Source of the DNA: Xylanibacter ruminicola 23
GTDB lineage: Bacteria; Bacteroidota; Bacteroidia; Bacteroidales; Bacteroidaceae
NCBI RefSeq assembly: GCF_000025925.1
Contig: NC_014033.1
Location: 450,001 to 482,000 of the forward strand
DNA: 32,000 nt
Direction: 5' to 3'
The notes under the pieces were generated by a model that was not told where the DNA came from, did not search any database, and saw only the letters and a program-made list of their open reading frames with translations. Positions 9,207 to 16,297 of the stretch are shown one piece after another; position 1 is the stretch's first letter, and each line of letters opens with the position of its first letter. Made by a program: the position numbers and the translations under genes.

Positions 9207-9214
9207 TATCTTTG
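9183..9214 (+). promoter_or_regulatory. Bacteroidota-type promoter (TTTG-N20-TATCTTTG) for the abiE operon
   Basis: TTTG at 9183-9186 and TATCTTTG at 9207-9214 are spaced 20 nt apart. The first ATG in the ORF frame lies 22 nt downstream, at 9236. Confidence 0.5.
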
Positions 9215-9235
9215 CGTTGTCTTAAAGTTATTGTA

Positions 9236-9967
9236 ATGATGGGAGTATACGACAGAATAATGAACCTTGCGTCGGGTATGCAACAGTTCTCTGTAGACAG
9301 TATGCCAACGGACTTGTTTCCTGATATCGAGAGAGCAAAACTCAGTTGGTATCTTGGCAAGCTATGCCGAATGGGTAAGTTGCGCAGAGTAGGCCGTGGT
9401 ATCTACACAATACAATCTGCCAATACTTTTCTGGTAAAGGCTAATGCAAAGGTTCGTTCATTATACCGATCATTGTTACGCCAATATCCTTTTGCTGACT
9501 TTTGTATATATAGTGCCAATGTCATTACTCCGTTGTTGCACAACATGATGCCTAATAATACCATCTATGTTGAGACAAATCGAGATACAACTCAAAGCGT
9601 ATTCGACATGCTGCAACCAAAGTACAAGGGACGTTTATTCCTGGCACCAACTAAGGAGATAGCAACAACATACATCGACTTTAGCAAAGAGAACATCATT
9701 GTGAAACCACTGGTGACAGAGGCTCCATTGACATGTGATGGTAAGGTGCCTGTTCCTACACTTGAGAAACTACTTGTTGATACAAGGGTAGATGCAGACT
9801 ACTATTATCTGCATGGCATCGAGAATCAGGAGATGATGAGGACAGCCATAAGCCATTACGATGTTAACATAAACCGGCTTCTCAGGTATGCCGACCGCAG
9901 AAATGCAAAAGACTCCATACTGAAAGATTTAGAAACCATAAATAATGATACAGAAAGAATGCTTTAA
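9236..9967 (+). CDS. abiEi: AbiEi-like antitoxin / transcriptional regulator (type IV TA)
   Basis: The ORF-track start at 9212 is a TTG inside the promoter box, so the ATG at 9236 is preferred. The N-terminal winged-helix-like segment LGKLCRMGKLRRVGRGIYTI matches the G-l-rv-rG-Y signature I associate with AbiEi N-domains. The ORF overlaps the downstream AbiEii gene by 23 nt. Confidence 0.6.
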   Translation: MMGVYDRIMNLASGMQQFSVDSMPTDLFPDIERAKLSWYLGKLCRMGKLRRVGRGIYTIQSANTFLVKANAKVRSLYRSLLRQYPFADFCIYSANVITPLLHNMMPNNTIYVETNRDTTQSVFDMLQPKYKGRLFLAPTKEIATTYIDFSKENIIVKPLVTEAPLTCDGKVPVPTLEKLLVDTRVDADYYYLHGIENQEMMRTAISHYDVNINRLLRYADRRNAKDSILKDLETINNDTERML

Positions 9968-11018
9968 TAAGGAATGGATCGACAAGGTCTGTTCTTCACA
10001 TAAGTTTAAACATCCCGAATTAGTAGAGAAGGTGATACGTGCCTTCTCATTATTAGAAATGCTTGTAAAAGAGGGCTGTCCGTTAACATTTAAAGGTGGA
10101 ACCAGCCTTCTTCTTATTTTAGGTGGTGAAGCCCGCAGGCTTTCAATCGATATTGATGTGCTTTGCCCTCCAGGCACTGACATCGAGCAATATCTGCAAA
10201 ACTGCGATAAATATGGATTTACGGATTGTAAAGTTATCCGTCGCGAGAACAGAAACGGCAATATCCCCAAGGGGCACTACAAGTCGTTCTTCGAGGTAGT
10301 TTATTCTGACCAGATAGAGGACTCTGTACTACTTGATGTACTCTACGAAGATTGCCACTACCATCAGATAGAAGACAAGGAACTTGCACATCCATTCATC
10401 AAAACTGATGGTGGCGAGACCATTATACGCGTACCTTCAGTAGCCGACATCTTAGGTGATAAGTTGACAGCGTTTGCACCCAATACATGTGGTGTGCCAT
10501 ATTATAAAGGTACACATAACTCTACTATTAACGTTGCTAAACAGCTACATGACGTTGGCAGACTGTTTGATGCTGTCGAAGATATAACAACAACTGCAGA
10601 GACATTCAAGTCGATAGCGATCGTCGAGTTATCATCTTATCGCGATAAGGGGGATGACCTCAGTATTGTTTATGATGACATCAGGAATACCGCACTTGCT
10701 TTGGCAACGAGAGGGAAGATAGATCCCAACAATGATTTTGAGTTGTTGAAAGAAGGTGTAGACAAACTGAAAAGCCATATCTACGTAGGTAGGTATACCT
10801 TAGATATGGCTATATGTGATGCAGCAAAAGCTGCATATTTGGCTACTGTCATCCAATATGGTTTGGACAGAATTGATAAATATTCTGGCAACGTTGCCGA
10901 CGTGAAAGATATGACCATAAACCCTGTGATTAGCAAGGAAGTGGCCAAAATTCGTCGTGGTAATCCTGAGGCGTTTTACTATTGGAGTAAAATCAGTCAG
11001 ATCCTCGTCAGTGCATAA
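9945..11018 (+). CDS. abiEii: AbiEii/AbiGii-family nucleotidyltransferase toxin
   Basis: 357-aa ORF. TFKGGTSLLL followed by RRLSIDIDVL matches the GGT-L and R-S-D-D nucleotidyltransferase motifs of AbiEii. The N-terminal LVEKVIRAFSLLEML is typical of the family. Overlapping two-gene architecture. Confidence 0.8.
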   Translation: MIQKECFNKEWIDKVCSSHKFKHPELVEKVIRAFSLLEMLVKEGCPLTFKGGTSLLLILGGEARRLSIDIDVLCPPGTDIEQYLQNCDKYGFTDCKVIRRENRNGNIPKGHYKSFFEVVYSDQIEDSVLLDVLYEDCHYHQIEDKELAHPFIKTDGGETIIRVPSVADILGDKLTAFAPNTCGVPYYKGTHNSTINVAKQLHDVGRLFDAVEDITTTAETFKSIAIVELSSYRDKGDDLSIVYDDIRNTALALATRGKIDPNNDFELLKEGVDKLKSHIYVGRYTLDMAICDAAKAAYLATVIQYGLDRIDKYSGNVADVKDMTINPVISKEVAKIRRGNPEAFYYWSKISQILVSA

Positions 11019-11023
11019 GATGT

Positions 11024-11563
11024 TTAGTTGATGATGATGGTCTGGGTGGTGTAGTCGGAGTAGACGATGATCTGTACTCCCTTGTCGGTGGGGTTGCAAG
11101 GGCGGCCTGAGAGGTTGTATCGGGCTATTTCGTATGCTTCGCCACTGGATGAAGTATCGGCTGAACGTACAGCCGAAGGCTCGCTATCGCCAAAGTAGAT
11201 GCCTGTGAGCGAAGTACATCCAGCGAAGGCATTATCGCCGATGTAGCTGACAGTCTCGGGCATGTAGATCTCGCGGAGGTAGGCTGCTCCCTCAAAGGCA
11301 CCACGGGCAATACGTCGGCAGTAGGGGTGGACGTTATAGGTGTCGTTGCGACTGCCTGCGGGGTAGCGGACGAGGATCCAGTCTTTAGTGCCCTCGTAGC
11401 CTACGGCGTAGAGTACGCCGTCGATGGTCTTGTATTTGGCCTCGCTCATATAGACGCCATTGATATAACCAGAAGGGAACTTGTCGACCTTCTCAATCTC
11501 TTGTGCCTGAACGGCTGCACCCATCATCAGGGCAAGGAGTAGGAATAATACTTTCTTTTGCAT
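11024..11563 (-). CDS. secreted BspA-type leucine-rich-repeat protein, possible T9SS C-terminal sorting tail
   Basis: Signal peptide MQKKVLFLLLALMMGAAVQA. LRR_5-like units (IARGAFEGAAYLREIYMPETVSYIGDNAFAGCTSLTGIYF). The C-terminal YNLSGRPC...KGVQIIVYSDYTTQTIIIN resembles a type A T9SS sorting domain. Its stop is only 5 nt from the convergent abiEii stop. Confidence 0.7.
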   Translation of the reverse strand: MQKKVLFLLLALMMGAAVQAQEIEKVDKFPSGYINGVYMSEAKYKTIDGVLYAVGYEGTKDWILVRYPAGSRNDTYNVHPYCRRIARGAFEGAAYLREIYMPETVSYIGDNAFAGCTSLTGIYFGDSEPSAVRSADTSSSGEAYEIARYNLSGRPCNPTDKGVQIIVYSDYTTQTIIIN

Positions 11564-11592
11564 AGTCTTGAGAATTGATGTGATTCTGATAA

Positions 11593-11600
11593 CAAAGATA
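11593..11600 (-). promoter_or_regulatory. -7 box (TATCTTTG on the minus strand) for the LRR gene; duplicated at 11959-11966
   Basis: The plus-strand caaagata sits 30 nt upstream of the ATG at 11563. An identical copy lies 366 nt to the right, upstream of the truncated LRR fragment. Confidence 0.45.
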
Positions 11601-11686
11601 GAAATCAGAATCAGAAAGGTTTGCTAAAATTATATGTATAACAGATAAATTCTGTATGATACTTGTTCTTATGACGATATTTGTGG

Positions 11687-11929
11687 TTAAATTATATAAA
11701 AAGGTTGTAGTGTTATAACCATTTTGAAAACTTTTTGTATCTTTGCAGCATAAAAACGTACCGAACTATAAAAATGAGTATATGAAGTATCTGAATAGTA
11801 TTTGGCCTCGCTCATATAGACGCCATTGATATAACCAGAAGGGAACTTGTCGACCTTCTCAATCTCTTGTGCCTGAACGGCTGCACCCATCATCAGGGCA
11901 AGGAGTAGGAATAATACTTTCTTTTGCAT
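11687..11929 (-). pseudogene. duplicated 5' fragment of the LRR gene (44 codons) fused to antisense Fic leader sequence
   Basis: The first 44 residues of this 80-aa ORF (MQKKVLFLLLALMMGAAVQAQEIEKVDKFPSGYINGVYMSEAKY) are identical to the start of 11024-11563. The ORF then reads across the duplication junction at 11797/11798 into unrelated sequence. A matching orphan Fic start stub (ATGAAGTATCTGAATA) lies at 11782-11797. Confidence 0.7.
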
Positions 11930-12103
11930 AGTCTTGAGAATTGATGTGATTCTGATAACAAAGATAGAAATCAGAATCAGAAAGGTTTGCTAAAATTATA
12001 TGTATAACAGATAAATTCTGTATGATACTTGTTCTTATGACGATATTTGTGGTTAAATTATATAAAAAGGTTGTAGTGTTATAACCATTTTGAAAACTTT
12101 TTG

Positions 12104-12111
12104 TATCTTTG
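12104..12111 (+). promoter_or_regulatory. -7 box TATCTTTG for the Fic gene; duplicated at 11738-11745
   Basis: Exact TAnnTTTG match 37 nt upstream of the ATG at 12148. The copy at 11738-11745 drives only the 5-codon Fic stub. Confidence 0.5.
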
Positions 12112-12147
12112 CAGCATAAAAACGTACCGAACTATAAAAATGAGTAT

Positions 12148-13215
12148 ATGAAGTATCTGAATATTAAGAAAGCTTTGGCAGCATGGCAGGCTCTGCAGCC
12201 GCTGTCAGAAAAAGACAGGGGTAGGCTTAGCCGTCGCTTTACTGTAGACTTCAACTACAATAGCAACCACATCGAGGGAAATACACTGACCTATGGGCAG
12301 ACGGAGATTCTGCTTTTGTTTGGCAAAGTGATAGGGGAGGCAGATGTGAGAGACGTGCAAGAAATGGCAGCCAGCAATGTGGGGCTCAAGATGATGACTG
12401 AGGAAGCATCTGTGAAGGATATGCCACTAACTCAGAACTTCATTCGTACACTACATAAGACGTTGCTAAGGGAAAACTATACTGTATATCGTAATCTCCC
12501 TGGCGGTCAGCAGACGAGTTATATGATCCATGCTGGTCAGTATAAGACGCGCCCAAATAGCGTAATAACACGATATGGTGACCGATTCGAATATGCCTCG
12601 CCTGAGGAGACTCCAGGACTGATGGCAGATCTGGTAGATTGGTACAATGCTGCAGAGCAAGAAGGTAAGCTTTCGCCTTTGGAGCTGGCCGCTTTGTTTC
12701 ATTATAGATACATTCGTATCCACCCATTTGAGGATGGAAACGGGCGTATAGCCAGACTGATGGTAAACTTTATTCTGACTCGCCATGACTATCCAATGAT
12801 TGTGGTACGCAGTCGTAAAAAGAGTGAATATCTTGAAGCCCTCCATCAGGCGGATATGGAAGTTGGACCAGTGCCAAGTGATGGTGCACATGCTGACATT
12901 AAGGACATCAGACCTTTTATGAAGTATTTTAATGAACTGGTAGCGACGGAGGTGTATAATGATGTACTATTTGTGAGTGAGAAAGACGAAAATGTATGGT
13001 GGTATGATGGTGAACGCATTGCGTTCAGAACACCTAACTATACAAGGATCCTGAATGCAATGCGTACAGAGCCAACACTGACTTTGGCAGATATGAAAGA
13101 ACTGACTGGCATCAGCGTGACTGCGATACAGAAACTCCTTGACCAGTTGATTCAAAAGAGATATGTAGAACGTGGCGAGAAGGACGGCAGTTGGAGAGTG
13201 TTTGTAACGCAATGA
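12148..13215 (+). CDS. Fic-family protein (AMPylase class) with an N-terminal inhibitory motif and a C-terminal winged-helix region
   Basis: Fic active-site motif HPFEDGNGRIARL. An upstream SNHIEG matches the (S/T)xxxE(G/N) auto-inhibitory helix motif. The C-terminal ~70 aa (LTLADMKELTGISVTAIQKLLDQLIQKRYVER) look like a wHTH. The ORF-track start at 12109 (TTG) lies inside the promoter box, so the ATG at 12148 is preferred. Confidence 0.9.
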   Translation: MKYLNIKKALAAWQALQPLSEKDRGRLSRRFTVDFNYNSNHIEGNTLTYGQTEILLLFGKVIGEADVRDVQEMAASNVGLKMMTEEASVKDMPLTQNFIRTLHKTLLRENYTVYRNLPGGQQTSYMIHAGQYKTRPNSVITRYGDRFEYASPEETPGLMADLVDWYNAAEQEGKLSPLELAALFHYRYIRIHPFEDGNGRIARLMVNFILTRHDYPMIVVRSRKKSEYLEALHQADMEVGPVPSDGAHADIKDIRPFMKYFNELVATEVYNDVLFVSEKDENVWWYDGERIAFRTPNYTRILNAMRTEPTLTLADMKELTGISVTAIQKLLDQLIQKRYVERGEKDGSWRVFVTQ

Positions 13216-13223
13216 GGCGTTAA

Positions 13224-15578
13224 CTAAGCATACCATTTGTTGAATATCTCGCGGAGTTCCTGGGGGAGTTTGTTGTAGCAGGCCAGGGCGACGTCTTCGG
13301 GGACGGGCATGGTGGCGGCGGCGATGTTGCCGGCTATGCAGGCCATGGTGTCGGTGTCGCCACCCAGGGAGATGGCACGGATGACGGCGTCCATGAACGA
13401 TTCTGCTTCGAGGAAGCAGATGATGGATTCGGGCACGCTCTTGTCGCAGGCGGTCTCGAAAGCATAGTCAGGACGTATCTCGTCGGTGGTTCGATGGAGA
13501 TTGTAGCCGAAGGTTTGTTCGATGTAAGAACGGATATCGTCTTTTGACGAGCCTGTGCGATTGAGATAGATGGCTGCTGCTACGGCCTGGGCACCACGGA
13601 TTCCCCCAGGAGAGTTGTGGGTTACTTCGGCAGTGGTCTTGGCCAGGGCCAGACACTCGTCGAGCGAGTGGGCATACCAGGCTACAGGAGCCACACGCAT
13701 GGCGCTACCATTGCTACCGGCCCCATAAGGTGCACGATCGGAAGACTTAACCCACTCCTGGAATTTCCTACCGAAGGAGTATGTCTGATAACGGTTGGCA
13801 AAGTGACGGAAGAGGTCGATGAGCGAGTCTTTGGAGTGCTCTGGATCGTCCATGAGCCACTTGGCGATGGCGAGCGAGAGAATGGTGTCGTCGGTATAGG
13901 TCATGCTCTTCAGTACTTTCATGTCTTTCTTGCCGGCGAGCTTCTTTACTTTCTGCTTGTCTTTCTCGAGTTCGTATTTAGAGCCGAACACTTCGCCACA
14001 GATGCCACCGATGAGGCCGGTATGTGGGAGGTGTTCCGGGGCAGAACGTTCCACACGTTCGACGGTGATGCGACCATCGGCAGTCTGGGTGAAACGGAGG
14101 TATCCGCCCAGCCAGTTGATGTAGGCGCTATTGAGCAGACTGACATCGGCAGGCTCGCCATGCAGCCACTTGAGCCACTCGGCGTACCACTTGGCACCAT
14201 CGCGGTCGAGCTCCTGTTTGCGATAATGAGGTGTGGCATAGCGATGTGTGAGGAAGTCGCTGATGATGTGGTTGGGATTGTTGAGGTAGCCGTTCTCGGG
14301 GGCGATAATCTTGGCTTGTTCTTTGGCGGCTTCAGGACTATCATCGAACTGGGCCATCAGTGCGGCAGCGTCGATACTACCAAAGCGTACACCAAGCACG
14401 TCGATGCCACTGCAGATGGTATTGAGGCTGAAACGATTGGTATAGGTGGGTGTTCCAGCACTGAGTGAGAGTGGACCATAAAGTGCGAAATCGTCCTGGA
14501 AACGTACGTGGTCACGGAAGACGCGTTTGTCGATTCCGCCCAGGTTGTTGGGATCGTTAGGATTGGAGTGACGGTATTTCTCGCCAAAGTCGCTGGTGAA
14601 TATGCTCATTTTGTAGAGCAGGTCGATGCTACCTAGAGGTGTATCGATGTCGGTACGGATGATAACAACCGGCAGACGGCCTGGCAGGCGATTTAGCAGA
14701 TTGCGACATACCGACTCCTCGCGTGGAGTAACCAACAGCACAAGAGCGCAGTCGGTCTGTGGATGATTGGGGCTGCTGATGAAATTGGAAAGTGCGAGGA
14801 ATCGTCCGTGGCATTCGTCGCGGTAGTCGGAGATAACGCATGAGGCCAGTCCGGCTTCGGTCATGTTGCTCTCCATCTTGTGGGCTACAGGTTCGCCATA
14901 CGAGCCGAACAGCACGGTGAATTGTGATATCTGGCTAAGATCGGGTGGGGCAATGGTTTCATCCGCGCAGCGGTAAACGTAATTATCGGCAGAATCGGTA
15001 GATAGTGCCAGCTTGTGCGAGAAATCGTCATCGCCAGTGAAGGCCTTGTATAATAAGGCGAAGTAGGCAAAGGTGCCGTTGACGCTGATGAATCCTTTGT
15101 CGCGTTCGAAGTGGTGGCGGATAACACTATTGGGATTGGATTGCAGCATGCGTTTTATGATGGCATTCTCATCGCGAGACATGGTGAGCGCGCAGCTATG
15201 TTCCGGGTTTACGCGGATCATGCGGTTGGCGATGTACACGGCATCCTGATTCTTCAGCGAGGTGCTGACGAGCAGGAGTTTTGAGTTACGCAAGGTCTGG
15301 TCGGAGAGTGAGTTGGCAAGGTACGGTGTTACAACACGTCCCAGACCGCAGTTAGCGCCGTAGAGAAGTGCGGCATACGAGGCTGATGAATGGGCACCAC
15401 CATGCCCCATGGCGATAAGAGGGCGTTCTGGATTACTGAACAGGAACTGGCGCAGAGGTTCTGCATCGGCACGTTCGGCTTGTTCCAGATACGCGCGAGT
15501 GTTGGTGAGCAACGTACTCATGAGCGCTTTGCCGCCACGAGTCTTTGGTTGGAGTAGGTTTGTTTGTTTTGTTGTCAT
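13224..15578 (-). CDS. 784-aa fusion protein: uncharacterised N-terminal ~510 aa (possible SIS-like phosphosugar-binding modules) plus a C-terminal ADP-ribosylglycohydrolase (ARH/DraG-family) domain
   Basis: The C-terminal ~270 aa (about nt 13227-14036) carry ARH hallmarks: GLIGGICGEVFGSKYE, YTDDTILSLAIAKWL, GAGSNGSAMRVAPVAWY and SLGGDTDTMACIAGNIAAA. The N-terminal segments IAMGHGGAHSSASYAALLY and KLLLVSTSLKNQDAVYIANRM resemble SIS-domain motifs; this is a weak by-eye call. Confidence 0.8.
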   Translation of the reverse strand: MTTKQTNLLQPKTRGGKALMSTLLTNTRAYLEQAERADAEPLRQFLFSNPERPLIAMGHGGAHSSASYAALLYGANCGLGRVVTPYLANSLSDQTLRNSKLLLVSTSLKNQDAVYIANRMIRVNPEHSCALTMSRDENAIIKRMLQSNPNSVIRHHFERDKGFISVNGTFAYFALLYKAFTGDDDFSHKLALSTDSADNYVYRCADETIAPPDLSQISQFTVLFGSYGEPVAHKMESNMTEAGLASCVISDYRDECHGRFLALSNFISSPNHPQTDCALVLLVTPREESVCRNLLNRLPGRLPVVIIRTDIDTPLGSIDLLYKMSIFTSDFGEKYRHSNPNDPNNLGGIDKRVFRDHVRFQDDFALYGPLSLSAGTPTYTNRFSLNTICSGIDVLGVRFGSIDAAALMAQFDDSPEAAKEQAKIIAPENGYLNNPNHIISDFLTHRYATPHYRKQELDRDGAKWYAEWLKWLHGEPADVSLLNSAYINWLGGYLRFTQTADGRITVERVERSAPEHLPHTGLIGGICGEVFGSKYELEKDKQKVKKLAGKKDMKVLKSMTYTDDTILSLAIAKWLMDDPEHSKDSLIDLFRHFANRYQTYSFGRKFQEWVKSSDRAPYGAGSNGSAMRVAPVAWYAHSLDECLALAKTTAEVTHNSPGGIRGAQAVAAAIYLNRTGSSKDDIRSYIEQTFGYNLHRTTDEIRPDYAFETACDKSVPESIICFLEAESFMDAVIRAISLGGDTDTMACIAGNIAAATMPVPEDVALACYNKLPQELREIFNKWYA

Positions 15579-15671
15579 TCTGCTATGTGATTTGTGTTTC
15601 GCGGTTCAAATATCGGGAAAACAAATCACGATAGCCTAAAAAATATACGTATAAGAAAATTATTCAATTAT

Positions 15672-16289
15672 TCATTTATTCACATGTACAGGAAGGTGCT
15701 GGAGGAACGCGAAGGCGTCGGCGGGGAGATGGTACTCCAACTTGCCGTTGTCGCGAAGTTCCATCAGGAGTCGGCCTAAGAGGTTGGGACCAACGTATTC
15801 GTTGCCTACAAGGTTGGTGCCCCAGGAGTCGGCATCAGCTTTCTTCTTTTCGTTGCGTTTGGTTTCGTCCTCGACAATGAACAGGCCTTTGCTTCGCTCC
15901 AGTTCTTTGCGGAATGCTTCACACTGCTCATATTTCGTCTGGAGACAGAACCGCATGGCATCGACTACCATTGCCCCCCAGTCGTTACGTAACCACTCGG
16001 GATGGGATTTGTAGATAGGCTTCATGTGCATTTTTATCGCCATACCTCGCTTTGCTGCATACTCGCTTTTGATTCCTTCTTCGCCGTTGGCATTGAACTT
16101 CATCAGATGAAAGAGACGTTCGGTACAGTCGATGGTCACGCCTTCAACGATGATTGGGGCATAAAAGAAATTGCCAAAGATTCCCCATTCTTCAGTAGTC
16201 TTGCGGATGCAGGCACACTTATCAGCAGGGTAGTGCTGAATATCACTGTATTGGGGATAGTATTGTTTGATTTGATTGTGCAGGCTCAT
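15672..16289 (-). CDS. NADAR (YbiA/DUF1768-like) domain protein
   Basis: 205-aa ORF. The pattern WGIFGNFFYAPIIVEGVTIDCTERLFHLMKF ... RNDWGAMVVDAMRFCLQTKY ... FRKELERSKGLFIVED ... DSWGTNLVG ... GPNLLGRLLMELR follows the NADAR consensus as I recall it (fLSNFy..f..G..y.s.Eh.fqa.Kf, dW..v...vM...l..Kf, L..T....LvE, D..WG, G.N.LG..Lm.vR). The start lies 8 nt after the upstream ORF's stop. Confidence 0.7.
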   Translation of the reverse strand: MSLHNQIKQYYPQYSDIQHYPADKCACIRKTTEEWGIFGNFFYAPIIVEGVTIDCTERLFHLMKFNANGEEGIKSEYAAKRGMAIKMHMKPIYKSHPEWLRNDWGAMVVDAMRFCLQTKYEQCEAFRKELERSKGLFIVEDETKRNEKKKADADSWGTNLVGNEYVGPNLLGRLLMELRDNGKLEYHLPADAFAFLQHLPVHVNK

Positions 16290-16297
16290 ATGCGTGA

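Larger units (their letters stand above)
11432..12163. repeat. perfect tandem direct duplication, 2 x 366 bp (11432-11797 and 11798-12163)
   Basis: Base-by-base comparison of the two copies found no mismatch. Each unit holds the first 44 codons of the LRR gene, the whole divergent intergenic region with both promoter boxes, and the first 5 codons plus 1 nt of the Fic gene. Confidence 0.95.

Noticed and set aside
12109-12147. TTG start at 12109 for the Fic ORF, and likewise 9212 for abiEi, 20354 for rpoD and 24531 for hisG
   Set aside because: The 12109 and 9212 starts lie inside the TAnnTTTG -7 box that should drive the gene. The 20354 and 24531 starts add residues absent from the typical N-termini of those families. 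Downstream ATGs are preferred in each case.
13617-14468. 283-aa plus-strand ORF inside the ARH-fusion gene
   Set aside because: It is antisense to the region encoding clear ARH motifs and has no recognisable domain. It is a shadow ORF.
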